From IMG/VR virus record IMGVR_UViG_3300049845_000287, positions 1 through 56,798 of that record: a stretch of 56,798 nucleotides of DNA, one strand, 5' to 3'. This document shows positions 44,601-53,391 of the stretch, piece after piece. This DNA is from a virus (lineage: Duplodnaviria; Caudoviricetes). The translations under genes were made by a program, and so were the position numbers. Numbering within the stretch: the first letter of the stretch is position 1; each line of letters opens with the position of its first letter. A model generated the notes under the pieces. That model was not told the DNA's origin and searched no databases. It was given only the letters and a program-made list of their open reading frames with translations.

Positions 44601-45756
44601 CCACGAGACCAATGAGAAGGGGATGCTCCCGAGCGCCAAGCCCGACGAGATCATCGGGTGGCTGCGAGCCGAGATCAACGGAGAGGTGAGGTTCCACCCC
44701 ATCCGCATGTTCGAGCTCGGTCACGGTGCGGGAGCGCCGACGGACATGGAGATCGACTGGGAGAAGACCAAGTTCGACCAGGGCACCCAGGAGCTCCTCG
44801 TGGAGTGGAGGAGCGAGGGCTCGATGCTCGGCCGCATGTTCAAGATATTCGAGGGCGGCTTCGCGTCGAACAAGTTCATGGCGCGCACGGACGCCATCGA
44901 CGACATGGAGCTGCAGAACGGGGTCAAGATCGCCGGCTACATCGCACGGCAGTCCACCTCCGGCCGCCGGTTGCTCATGCGCCGCCAGCAGAAGATGTCG
45001 ACGCTGATGTATATGGCGCGGCTCTCCCCGTACGGCTACAACTTCGCGGAGCGAGACGACACGTTCCCGAACGACCCGGAGATCAAGGAAGCCCTGCTCT
45101 CCGGTGAGATGGAGATCGGTGAATGGGACAAGATCCTGAAGGTCGGCGACATCCAGTTCTACCCGGAGGCCGGCGGTGAGCGCAACGCCTTCCTCAACGA
45201 CATGTGCCGCAAGGCGGTGCGCTACAAGGTCAACCCGACCGTCGTGCTCGCCTCGCGTTACGGCGGCGAGGGCGGGACGCCATCGAACCTGTGGTTCAAC
45301 TTCCAGGTCCTGTTCGGGCGCGGGCCCGGCTACCAGCGCAACCTCATGCAGTGGCTCAACTTCATGATGCCGACGCTGTGCCCGCCCGGCCTCGAGGATG
45401 GCAAGAAGCCGAACACGCTGTTCAACGCCAACCTCCAGGTCTACGTCCCTGCCAGCCACACGATGAAGACCTCGGTGCTGGGCAGGAAGCGCGGCGACAC
45501 GGTCACCGTCGGAGAGTGGGTCGACCTGTACGGTGGGTTCCACTTCCTCGACGAGCACTACGACGGGCACTCGAACTCGGGGAGCACGGTCAAGTCCGAC
45601 GGGATCCCCGGACTCAACACGCTCATGGCAGGCGGCAAGGAACTCTCGTCCAAGCAACTCAAGGCATACTTCGGCTGGGGCAACATCGGGCACGCGGGCA
45701 ACTGGTCCGTGGCACCGTCCGGGATGATCTCTCCTGACCAAGAGCCGATCGACTAG
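38659..45756 (+). CDS. giant virion-module protein with RNA polymerase beta'-like catalytic elements (putative virion RNAP)
   Basis: MKAP...IKINP...WNADFDGDDM (N362-D368); bridge-helix-like aa 1357-1391; Zn site C1397/C1466/C1473/H1476; trigger-helix-like aa 1493-1514. Confidence 0.8.
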   Translation: MSKTHGAPTVGPGGTRGDAEQGQPRINIPKIEVDVPAIETPVTEAPAETGAPQGTPQGAPKTVVPPAAPAPVAPPAGPRPGTVEAMQGIPKPVEQRAEQTVLPGFEPPPAPLEGPPPVSAPPAQGQAPIPDLMQTQAVEGTGAPAALGAEQLGSLQTQSTVVKNEEKLLEQGGLEATSPVSQARVPTVEELTGGEDLFAAEQTDVIANRAVDMEDMVPPTKATRANLPDRSSKAVLKEQREEATAGYGTDETGTAVRGKLSAGWDVKIHEISVSAEQLVDAWRHQTSGLRELMTEYGYDQEQMLANRAYAIWAVTDLFTNNDIEALAMKAPLVDEASVHRRVVRINKGRGIKINPIVFTMWNADFDGDDMILSFGREAIRDAKSAMDFLIGTDGVGKIDPDFFDMAPWGDGTTTVYAHLRELFEGDPDNPLLLTEAELKGLASAIERGWSKDSKVRAAGYRSLLRWSRQIGERFPAGPGRDEAVARILTDIYNQNKDIRMLTLGFTAGWNYIAPADLNGEYGEESQFPELESDSSTPANMKDMERALGTPIGYVPGKNIHFRVTASFLKAARQVSYFMGIKPPGDTFEEKVALMASGIEAFDEAERGVSDWARRLIIESLGGFPADGHLDPKKFDAYIKKFVRRYNYIAYTVNSVTATFNLDDTISPADRQSYVKPIRTANQIDMNRDIRKEFKNVFGSFTMGRLFGKECPNGWENITLDEFVHTNRADATSPAGAKLLGRPSTPLDTPAHLIGRLADLRTSFSKTYNDEFTKSLKKQFSPGGELLLRKVGILRKEQRVAKKNSAQLDADMIVLLDAMRSFSVDIFYFLGFNSPADLERNPLGQKFLGATNYNKLGGLMYEAATRYRFEPVQHAERELRAAKNGKERRHWESVLRHELGEIASSSETWAVIVHDYENGGDVLPRVLLSDMTKTQKEAEIVKLVHESIVGRHGYNKDEVAAGLMGNPKGLYARDRFISDFGHTNLMKNVKAASDTIDRYAKLNWTTMVTDIKNARAGAKPDEMKQLLSRIARDPSILVPIENWQIGDAVLSLMEKSYPSSEKAQQEPEVAYIYSAISNLINAGTWSDLVVGGDFAVGSISAIRLAQSPGILAKAISDPNFAIRVYDGKGSTILSQYALFKKNNPSDKEIWDWLENNPRMAMALRLTTMGNSVNKKTGFSYTNATKTLEKSMYELRKPESVPMRCLKKLADHPGFYAMVALSVPMEGQRRVQLRKTAGDNVWNVIELIRSFNKTGMTGEKFVEELVKRNGLPEGITLDEVKRLYKEGQKATTSIAEADQYDVRDTREYQIGQLMAHLAANLEEYAGIVDTIPGGSLGFPPRKIALDLFQFSDETTLRSYFDAVQVMSGAKTEVSTSVNAAESKKNAALMFLAQYVPKACGAPEPVRMKTGQLAAVWEDHIGDQVFFPPLTEDGSPEWYYINEANLEFITEYANENYGGMVMIEDTAACVDPLCRCARHAKADPSTNFTGLQTTELGRFLTVVRTFSGETLNLKIKTTGDDETDSITKNKVFEILDVGLERRLNDEWVKLGMNPAPETLLVLRTMVAEKMKETYKEMGYGEELTLDDFTALAHFMVRPYEAADGLMKIKLLSIGQLNAICHEAATAYVNELGDQITHQGVLDRMVEALSDDSIVASEMDINDVTALVDVAPKMFMTPRLKYQRMSSTGRNLELAKQIVKENPDVRALSEEAMDDYESILLKKDKRGLVDSWKNLNLFGEKYMNKRYKLRLIGIFTDKGSMSEEFIGPRNCWLLKRGGASVDTIARAYRLGITVLIENPSEVDWKEVSRMTGGEIDERQLVDKGGNRWLIPMFDIRLNGQNRSENHGAFDAGVVHVLPESVYFYFESILNKDAAADAEFIPTKWFSDNITFKRTGTYRLPAKAAFANLIWEQRPRGGPGVVNIDIATRQQIEDYFVDGYVSDTADDAPPELDKSIPLDLGKANTEEGSRENNRFLEDVKVYLSRYHETNEKGMLPSAKPDEIIGWLRAEINGEVRFHPIRMFELGHGAGAPTDMEIDWEKTKFDQGTQELLVEWRSEGSMLGRMFKIFEGGFASNKFMARTDAIDDMELQNGVKIAGYIARQSTSGRRLLMRRQQKMSTLMYMARLSPYGYNFAERDDTFPNDPEIKEALLSGEMEIGEWDKILKVGDIQFYPEAGGERNAFLNDMCRKAVRYKVNPTVVLASRYGGEGGTPSNLWFNFQVLFGRGPGYQRNLMQWLNFMMPTLCPPGLEDGKKPNTLFNANLQVYVPASHTMKTSVLGRKRGDTVTVGEWVDLYGGFHFLDEHYDGHSNSGSTVKSDGIPGLNTLMAGGKELSSKQLKAYFGWGNIGHAGNWSVAPSGMISPDQEPID

Positions 45757-45765
45757 GGACACGAC

Positions 45766-48700
45766 ATGGGCAGAACCAGAACAGGCAGGACCACCCCAGG
45801 TGCGGGTACTGGCGGGACCAGAGGCGACGTCCGTGGTGGACAGCCGAACGTCAACGCCCCCGACGTCGAAGTGCCGGACATAGCGCCGGACGCGAAGCCA
45901 CAGGAGAACGTCAACAAGGACCTCGAGAAGAAGATCCCTGAGGTCAGGCCACCCGTCGTACCGAAGCCGGTAGCCAAGCCCGTCATCACACCTCAGAAGA
46001 CGGTGCTCGATGAGCGGCTCGAAGCCGATCGGCAGCGCACGACGCAGAGCGCATCAGGGCTCGAGCGGCCTTTGTCGGAGAGGATCCCCGAGGTCAACGA
46101 CCCGGCGAAGGCGCGCATATACTCTGGAACCTACGCGGCTCCGCACGCCGATACCGCCCGCGGTGCAGCGGCGGGGACGACCGTGGTCGAGTCCGAGAGC
46201 GGCCCGGTCACCATCGACGAGCAGGGCACCATCGTCGACTCCGACGAGGACTTCCTCGACACGCTGGTCGGGCGCGAGGGCAAGTGGACGGCCGAGGAGA
46301 CTCAGCGCGTCATGTCCATGGAGCCCGAGGTCAAGGAGAAGTGGAAGGCCAAGCGGCTCAAGGAGGGCATGCCCAGCAAGCCTGCTGCTCCGAAGAAGCC
46401 TGCCGTCAAGGTCGAGCCCAAGGTGGCACCGACAAACAAGGCACCGGACACCTCTAGCGTGGATGAGCAGGCCGTCTCACCCGAGGTGGAGCAACAGTAC
46501 GTCGAGGCGTTCGCTCTGCTGGACGCGATGCTCGCCGACCCCTCCATCATCGACAAGGCCATGAAGGACGCCTTCGAGCAGATCGGCTCACCGGCCGACC
46601 CGGTCAAGGTGCTCGTCTGGGCGTTCGGACGCTTCCTGGCTGACGAGCGCAGCGAGGGCTCGCTGCAGATCCTGAAGAACGCCATCAGGACCACCAAGCA
46701 GGTCTACGGTGATGCGCTCGCCACGAAGGTCGCCAACTCCGTGGTCAAACGTCTGCGCCCGGACTACGAGCCCGGAGCCCAGGCCGCCCCACAGGTGGCG
46801 CCTGAGCAGGCCGAGGAGGGGGCGGAAGCCCCTGTCGATGCTGCCGAGGAAGAGCAGATCATCCGCGACGAGAGCTACAAGGAGATCCCGCTTCCGTTCG
46901 ATTTGGCCGCGATAGCCAACGTGGACCCGGACGCACAGCGTACTCCGGTGGCTCTGAACAGCGCCGGTAACGAGCGCGTCTTCACCTCGTGGCGCAGGAG
47001 CCTCGAGGCGGCGCTCGTCAACGCGAGCCCGAGCGAGGAGACCCATACCGCCAAGGGCAAGACGTCCAAGACCGGCAAGCCCCGCGGTGTGACGGCTGTC
47101 CGCATGGACGCCGAGGCGTTCGCCGATGCCAACCCCGAGCTCGCCCTGGAGATCCTCGAAGGGCGGGTCTACACGGCGCTCGACGCAGGCAAGATCAAGG
47201 TCGCGCAGGCACACCTCGCCGCGCTCAACGCATGGGTCGCTCACTACGAGGCAAAGCCCGACGTCGATGACGTCTTCTACGACGAGACCTGGGACAAGGC
47301 CAAGGAGCTTCCGAGGCGTCCTGCCGACATCGACATGGAAGCCGCGCGCGCCATGGGCCAGGGGTCCGGTTCGCGTGCAGCCATCGAGCGTGGACGCTCG
47401 CGGGTCAACTTCGCCGTACGCGATGCGACGAAGTTCCTCATCCAGCAGGGCTACGACGCCGTCGACGACCGTGTGTACTCGGCACGGTTGGCCCTCGGAC
47501 TCGATGTCGATCCTGAGAGCGCGCCGGCCGTGCGCGCCGCCAGAGTCGAGGCCGAGGCCGAGAACCAGTTCGTCGACGACATCAACAACGCGCTCGAGAA
47601 CGCCCAGTTCGAGATGGACATGGACGAGACCATCAGCGCGCTCCAGGTCGAGCTGGACACGGTGACCGACGCCGAGCGCAAGCAACTCGAGAACGACGTC
47701 GAGAAGATCCTCCAGATCAACGAGGAGCAGAAGAAGGCTCCGACCGTCCAGCGACCCAAGAGCGCGATCCGCCAGCGCATCGAAGAGACCAAGGCGTTCA
47801 TCAAGCAGAACCTGTTCGACGGCCTGTTCCCGCTCACCGGCGACCAGATGGTCGAGGAGGACTACGACGAAGAGGACGAGAACGGCGAGATCGTCACCAA
47901 GACCAGGATGGTGCCCCGGCACTCCGACGAGGTCATGGCTGAGATCAACAAGACGCTGCACTTCTTCGGCATCAAGCCGGGGCGTGAGGCGACCAAGATG
48001 CTGTTCCGTGCCTTCCAGCTCTACCGCGGCTTCTCCATCGACCGCGACGGCAGGATGTTCAAGCAATCCAAGGAGAAGGTGAAGATCTCAGACGATGTCT
48101 TCATCCAGTTCCTCGGCGAGATCCGCAACAACGTGCGGATGTATAACAACCCCTTCGCCTACACGAACCCGCACTACAAGCTCGGTACGACCGAGTGTTA
48201 CCCGATGCCGATCTCCAAGGCGCTTGCCGCCTGGTTCACCTCGGGCACGAGCGGCGAGCTCTCCATCTCAGCGGAAGACCTCATCACGCACAGCGTCAAG
48301 GAGTACAACGAGAAGGTCGAGCCGCGCCTCAAGAAGCTCGCATCGTTCGCCCAGCGCGAGGTGCTGTTCGACATGCGTGACGTCGTGGCCGACCAGCTCA
48401 AGCGTGACGACTTGCCCGGCCGCTCTCCTGACGAGCGCATGTCGGCCACCGAGATGCTCAACGCCGACTCGGAATACGCCAAGCTGTTCAATGACGAGGA
48501 GGCCCTCGTCGCTGCCATGGTCGAGCGGCAGGAGCGCCAGTTCCGCGCCATGACCCGCGTCGAGAAGCATAAGAAGCGCGCTGAGGTCAAAGACTCCGAG
48601 GACGCCGGGGAGAACGCCGACGAATACTGGTACGAGGTCGCGGCGCCCAACGCCCAGAGCGCGGCGCGCACCGTCGCCAACATCGGGCGCATCATGGGCG

Positions 48701-51393
48701 TCATCGGCAACCCGTTCATCGCGGCGACCGGTATCGCCGAGAAGACGACGGGCGTCATCTACCAGTCGGCAGGCACCTGGGCCTTGCGCCAGTTCATGGG
48801 CGGGGAGCAGCAGATCACGGAGAACGGCAAGCAGATAGTCGCCGAGGACCACAACCTCCACGCCGTCGAGGAGATGCTCAAGATCATCGCCTCGGAAGGC
48901 TTCGACGGCCTGATAGACCTGGCTTCCCGTGGTGTCCTGTTCGCCAAGGAGACCAAGATCAAGAACGAGAAGAAGCCGTTGGCCACCGCCAGGCAGAGGA
49001 CGGGCCAGTGGGTCGAGGTCGCCATGGCCTGGTCGACGGGTGACGTGGTGTTCAAGAAGAAGACGGCTCGCATCCTGCTCGACCACCTCATCTACCAGTT
49101 CGAGCGCAGCGCGAAGCTCGACCCGGACGCCGTCACCTACACCGCGGTCGAGCTCGAGTCCATGCTGGAGAGCGACCCCAACGGGTTCTGGAGCATGGTC
49201 GCCACGACCTCGGAGGGCAGGCAGGCGCTCCTGTTCGCAGGCAACACGTCGCTGGCGGGCGTGGACCCGCTCACCAACCTGTTGCGGCTCGGTACGCGCA
49301 ACTCGCTCGTCGACGCGTCGCTCGGATTCATCATCGGCTGGTATCTGAAGTTCGGCATGCGGTCGGCGATCAGGATGATCCCGTACTCGAACACCGCCAT
49401 CTTTCTGGCGCAGCGCGGGCTCATCAACCCGGCGCTCAGCATCGGCGTGTCCGGTGACACGCTGGCCGATACCAACGAGTTCATGCTCGCGGGCAACGAG
49501 TCGTTCGCGCGAGGCATGGCGCAGAACATCATCGTCGACACCATGAGGTTCGGCACACAGGCGGCCACCTTCATGTTCTGCATGGGGCTCGTCACCCTGC
49601 TCGGTGGGGTCGCACCTCCCGACGACGACGACAAGCGCCACCTGTGGTTCGAGTGGAAGATCGGCGGCAAGGACGGCGTGGCGGTCAAGGAGGCGTGGTA
49701 CTTCCAGGAGCTCCTCGGCTTCTCGATGCCACTCGTCATCGCCGTGCTGGCCGGCGCCCAGACAGGTGACACCGACGAGGCCATGTTCATCCTCACGAAC
49801 GGCGTGTGGGAGAAGCTCGAGCAGAACCCGTGGACGAACGCGGCCGACCTGATCGACCTCACGAACAACTTCGACAGAGACCTCGTCGAAGCGCAGGCGC
49901 GCGCAGAGGGTTACGAGGGAGCCGACCCGACGGGCGAGCAGTACGCCTACTCGCAGATCATGATGTGGATGACGAGGCGGACCTATCAGACCTTCGAGCC
50001 CGCCATCCTGCGGCAAGCCTACAACGAGCACGGGCTGTTCACCGGAACGGCTGACCTGGCCCGATCGCCGAACATGGTCTTCACGGGTGACCCGAACGAC
50101 CCGACCGACATGACGACGTGGATCGACTCGCAGAAGCGGCGCGCGAACAGGCCGTCGAGGGCGACCGCGCTCATCGCCAACATACTGGCCGGCTACTACT
50201 GGCAGAGCCACGACCCGTCGCAGCCGCCGCTCACCGGCTACATGCGCGACCAGATGCCGCTCGTGGAGAACGTCGACTCGACGAACCAGATGTGGATCGA
50301 CGCGCTGTCGGTCAAAGACCCGGCAGGCGGGCCGAACATCCCGAGGGAGAAGTGGACGCCCGAGCAGGAGCAGCGCATCGTCAACGAGGTCAAGTCGCTC
50401 ATCGCCCGGTTCCCGAACCCGGTGGACATGGCGGCCCAGGGCATCGTCATACCCTACGACGCACGAGCCGCCACCGTGGACGCGTTCAACAAGGAGTGGG
50501 GCGAGATCCGCTCCCGTCACTACAAGCGTGTCGCCGACGGTGACTTCGCCTCGCTGCCCGGCGGATGGCCCTCGGCCGCCGACAAGAAGCGCAAGAACAA
50601 GGCGTACGAGAACCACCTCAAGGAGCAGGCCAAGATCGACGCGAAGATCGACATCCTGTTCAGCGACGAGATCCCGTACTCGGCCCTGAAGTACAACCGC
50701 TGGGAGACGAACTACCGCACGATGTTCGTGTGGAAGGATGGTCCGAAGAAGGGCAAGCCTGCCCACCCGCTCGAGTACCGGATGCACTCCGAGGACGTCG
50801 AGATCATCAGGTACGCCTCGGGCGACCACAAGTCGAGCTTCTTCCCGTGGCTGACCGTGGACGACCAGGGCAAGGACACCTACGACGCGCAGACGCAGGT
50901 CGGCTGGCAGAACGCCAACACCGACATGGACTTCGTGCGCGAGTCCACGATGGACCGCACCATCGAGACCGGCGTCAACAAGGGCAAGAACGCCTGGGAG
51001 GTGCTCTCCGGCGAGGGCGGCGCCTACTCCAAGGCGATGCAGGGGGCGGGCATGGGCGCGCTCATGCCGATGCTGCTCACCGGCCAGCGCGCCTTGCTGC
51101 CCAAGCGCATGCCGTTCGACAAGCTCGATCGCAAGGACTTCCCGAAGCCCGAGGTGGAGAAGGCGGTCAAGCCTGACGACTCAGGCAAGACCGTGTGGCG
51201 TCGCGGCTGGGGCGGTGGCTGGGGGTCGAACGAGTACACGCCGGTCTTCTACTCGCACCCGGCGTACAGCCTCAACGCCGACAAGCCCGCCGGGCTGTAC
51301 CGGAAGAACCCGAACTACACCAGGTTCGACTATCTTCGTCCGAGAGTTTCCACCAAGGGTAGCCGTGAAGCCTACCGCCGAGAGGACTTCTGA
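45766..51393 (+). CDS. giant internal virion / ejection protein
   Basis: 1875 aa, disordered N-terminus, helical core, several membrane-like segments near aa 1180-1330, directly upstream of portal. Confidence 0.65.
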   Translation: MGRTRTGRTTPGAGTGGTRGDVRGGQPNVNAPDVEVPDIAPDAKPQENVNKDLEKKIPEVRPPVVPKPVAKPVITPQKTVLDERLEADRQRTTQSASGLERPLSERIPEVNDPAKARIYSGTYAAPHADTARGAAAGTTVVESESGPVTIDEQGTIVDSDEDFLDTLVGREGKWTAEETQRVMSMEPEVKEKWKAKRLKEGMPSKPAAPKKPAVKVEPKVAPTNKAPDTSSVDEQAVSPEVEQQYVEAFALLDAMLADPSIIDKAMKDAFEQIGSPADPVKVLVWAFGRFLADERSEGSLQILKNAIRTTKQVYGDALATKVANSVVKRLRPDYEPGAQAAPQVAPEQAEEGAEAPVDAAEEEQIIRDESYKEIPLPFDLAAIANVDPDAQRTPVALNSAGNERVFTSWRRSLEAALVNASPSEETHTAKGKTSKTGKPRGVTAVRMDAEAFADANPELALEILEGRVYTALDAGKIKVAQAHLAALNAWVAHYEAKPDVDDVFYDETWDKAKELPRRPADIDMEAARAMGQGSGSRAAIERGRSRVNFAVRDATKFLIQQGYDAVDDRVYSARLALGLDVDPESAPAVRAARVEAEAENQFVDDINNALENAQFEMDMDETISALQVELDTVTDAERKQLENDVEKILQINEEQKKAPTVQRPKSAIRQRIEETKAFIKQNLFDGLFPLTGDQMVEEDYDEEDENGEIVTKTRMVPRHSDEVMAEINKTLHFFGIKPGREATKMLFRAFQLYRGFSIDRDGRMFKQSKEKVKISDDVFIQFLGEIRNNVRMYNNPFAYTNPHYKLGTTECYPMPISKALAAWFTSGTSGELSISAEDLITHSVKEYNEKVEPRLKKLASFAQREVLFDMRDVVADQLKRDDLPGRSPDERMSATEMLNADSEYAKLFNDEEALVAAMVERQERQFRAMTRVEKHKKRAEVKDSEDAGENADEYWYEVAAPNAQSAARTVANIGRIMGVIGNPFIAATGIAEKTTGVIYQSAGTWALRQFMGGEQQITENGKQIVAEDHNLHAVEEMLKIIASEGFDGLIDLASRGVLFAKETKIKNEKKPLATARQRTGQWVEVAMAWSTGDVVFKKKTARILLDHLIYQFERSAKLDPDAVTYTAVELESMLESDPNGFWSMVATTSEGRQALLFAGNTSLAGVDPLTNLLRLGTRNSLVDASLGFIIGWYLKFGMRSAIRMIPYSNTAIFLAQRGLINPALSIGVSGDTLADTNEFMLAGNESFARGMAQNIIVDTMRFGTQAATFMFCMGLVTLLGGVAPPDDDDKRHLWFEWKIGGKDGVAVKEAWYFQELLGFSMPLVIAVLAGAQTGDTDEAMFILTNGVWEKLEQNPWTNAADLIDLTNNFDRDLVEAQARAEGYEGADPTGEQYAYSQIMMWMTRRTYQTFEPAILRQAYNEHGLFTGTADLARSPNMVFTGDPNDPTDMTTWIDSQKRRANRPSRATALIANILAGYYWQSHDPSQPPLTGYMRDQMPLVENVDSTNQMWIDALSVKDPAGGPNIPREKWTPEQEQRIVNEVKSLIARFPNPVDMAAQGIVIPYDARAATVDAFNKEWGEIRSRHYKRVADGDFASLPGGWPSAADKKRKNKAYENHLKEQAKIDAKIDILFSDEIPYSALKYNRWETNYRTMFVWKDGPKKGKPAHPLEYRMHSEDVEIIRYASGDHKSSFFPWLTVDDQGKDTYDAQTQVGWQNANTDMDFVRESTMDRTIETGVNKGKNAWEVLSGEGGAYSKAMQGAGMGALMPMLLTGQRALLPKRMPFDKLDRKDFPKPEVEKAVKPDDSGKTVWRRGWGGGWGSNEYTPVFYSHPAYSLNADKPAGLYRKNPNYTRFDYLRPRVSTKGSREAYRREDF

Positions 51394-53378
51394 TGGATAG
51401 GGAAATGAAGTGGAACATCGAGGCCGACTCCATCAAGGACACCGGCTACACCAAGTGGCTCGGTGACTACGAGGGAGCCAAGGCGCAGATGCGTCTGCGC
51501 ACCCACCACCATGAGCTCTACGGCTACATCGCCAAGAACAAGAGCATCCATGAGGCGAGGGGCAAGCAGGGCAAGGTGTTCTCCGAAGGCTCGTCGCAGT
51601 ACATCCTGCGCAAGGCCCTCGCCGATACCATCCAGCGGGTGCCCGACGGCGAGCTTCAGACGCAGTACGACAAGGGCTCGGTGGAGCACATCCTCACGCA
51701 GTACCTGTTCGAGAACAAGGTACTCAGCTCCGAGATCGAGGGCTGCGACATGCTCTCGAACCTCACTTCGACGTTCAAGTCCGGGTTCACCTACGCCTTC
51801 GCAGCGGTGAGGACCGGCTTCGAGAACGACCTCGACAACGATGCGCGCATCAGCTACACCGTCGAGAACTGGGCCGACATCTTCCCCAACCGGGACTGCA
51901 AGGACATCCGCCGCCCGCAGGTCCTGTGGTTCAGGTCGTACATGAGCAAGGCCGACGTGGAGGCGCTCATCACCGAAGAGGGCACCTTGCGTGACTCGTC
52001 CTACAACGCGGACGCGGTCAAGCATGTCTTGGACAACGACCTGTTCAAGGGCAAGCAGCCCGAGTCCGAGGCGCTCGCCGATCAGATGAAGGGCTCGAGC
52101 TCGCTCCAGTCCATCGAGCTGCTCACCAAGTACGTCCGTGGGGAGAGCGAGTTCGTCACCTATGTCCCCGAGCTCCAGGCCAAGTGGCGCACGGTCAAGA
52201 ACTACGACCCGCGCAAGGGCATCCCGTGGCACTTCCTGGTCCTCGAGGTGGACTCCGACTTCCCGATCGGCATCAGCCAGTTCGAGTACCTGCTCGCCGA
52301 TCAGCAGTTCCAAGACCTCTTCCAGACCTCGGCGTTCAAGAACCTGCTGCTCGCCATGGAGCCGCCCATCATGGTCGGTGGCTGGGAGACCAACCCGATG
52401 GCGTACCGCTTCGAGCCTCGCAAGATCTGGAGCCTGGGCAACAACCCGAATCAGACCAAGGTCGAGCCGGTCAAGATCGGCAACGAGGTGCTGACAGGGT
52501 TCCTGCCCACACGCGAAGGTGTGGCCGCCGGCATGCTGCGCCAGCTCAACGTGCTGGACGGCACGATCGCGCGCGACTCGGGCGTCCCCGGCTTCTCCGC
52601 CACTCCACAGGGGGTCGAAGCGCAGACCACGAGCAAGCAGATCAGCATCAACCAGTACCAGAAGCGCGTCGAATACTTCTTCTCCGAGTGGGCGAACGCG
52701 GCGTTGCGCACCTACATCAACTCGATGACCGGCGTCCACGAGCTCACCGTCGATGAAGCGACCCGTCGCCGCCTGTTCGACCTCGGTGACGAGGGCATGG
52801 AGCTGATCGTGGGCGACAAGGTCAAGGTGGACTTCGACAAGCTCTCGACCGACATGCTCCAGTTCAAGGTGCGCACCGGCTCGCTCGTGGAGAAGAAGGA
52901 GGAGCAGGAGCGCAAGGCCCTCCAGGAGACCGTGCAGCCGTTCGTGCAGAACCTCACCGGCTGGTCCGAGGAGAACAAGAAAGTCATCGAGAACGAGGTC
53001 CTGCTCCCCGCGGCCAAGCGGATGTTGGAGCTTTCCGATACCGACATCGGCCAGTCGACCGCCGAGAGCATCGGCAGCCACATGGCGAAGATGATGCTCG
53101 CGGAGATGCAAGGACAGATCGACGGGCTGGCAGCCCAGAACGAGATGCAGGGTGCGCAGATAGATGCCACCCAAAAGGCGCTGCCGCCTGAGTCTCAGGC
53201 ACAACTGGCGCAGGAGCTCCCGCCAGTGTCCATGGAGGAAGGGGCTCCTGCCCCCGAGATTCCAACACCGGGTCTGGGTGCGGGAGGCGCTTCGCCGAGT
53301 AGACCTCCCGTACCCGAGCCCGGCCCTGTTCCCGCAGGTCAGGAAGTGATTTCACCCGCCGAACTTCTTGAGCTCTGA
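51393..53378 (+). CDS. portal protein
   Basis: 661 aa, IPW..L...PIGIS..EYL...Q motif, S.TP.GV segment, C-terminal coiled coil, directly before the capsid gene. Confidence 0.8.
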   Translation: MDREMKWNIEADSIKDTGYTKWLGDYEGAKAQMRLRTHHHELYGYIAKNKSIHEARGKQGKVFSEGSSQYILRKALADTIQRVPDGELQTQYDKGSVEHILTQYLFENKVLSSEIEGCDMLSNLTSTFKSGFTYAFAAVRTGFENDLDNDARISYTVENWADIFPNRDCKDIRRPQVLWFRSYMSKADVEALITEEGTLRDSSYNADAVKHVLDNDLFKGKQPESEALADQMKGSSSLQSIELLTKYVRGESEFVTYVPELQAKWRTVKNYDPRKGIPWHFLVLEVDSDFPIGISQFEYLLADQQFQDLFQTSAFKNLLLAMEPPIMVGGWETNPMAYRFEPRKIWSLGNNPNQTKVEPVKIGNEVLTGFLPTREGVAAGMLRQLNVLDGTIARDSGVPGFSATPQGVEAQTTSKQISINQYQKRVEYFFSEWANAALRTYINSMTGVHELTVDEATRRRLFDLGDEGMELIVGDKVKVDFDKLSTDMLQFKVRTGSLVEKKEEQERKALQETVQPFVQNLTGWSEENKKVIENEVLLPAAKRMLELSDTDIGQSTAESIGSHMAKMMLAEMQGQIDGLAAQNEMQGAQIDATQKALPPESQAQLAQELPPVSMEEGAPAPEIPTPGLGAGGASPSRPPVPEPGPVPAGQEVISPAELLEL

Positions 53379-53385
53379 GTGCAGG

Positions 53386-53391
53386 TATACT
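53386..53391 (+). promoter_or_regulatory. putative -10 element upstream of the capsid gene
   Basis: TATACT in the portal-capsid gap. Confidence 0.35.

Noticed and set aside
41632-45762. 1376-aa antisense ORF, and similar ones at 48268-50829, 51372-53204 and 25119-26741
   Set aside because: Shadow frames of high-GC3 genes; V/L/D/E/G/R-rich composition, no RBS or motifs
53164-53349. Overprinted ORF in the A/T3-rich portal C-terminus
   Set aside because: No RBS or coupling; the low-complexity Pro-rich tail is enough to explain the relaxed codon usage
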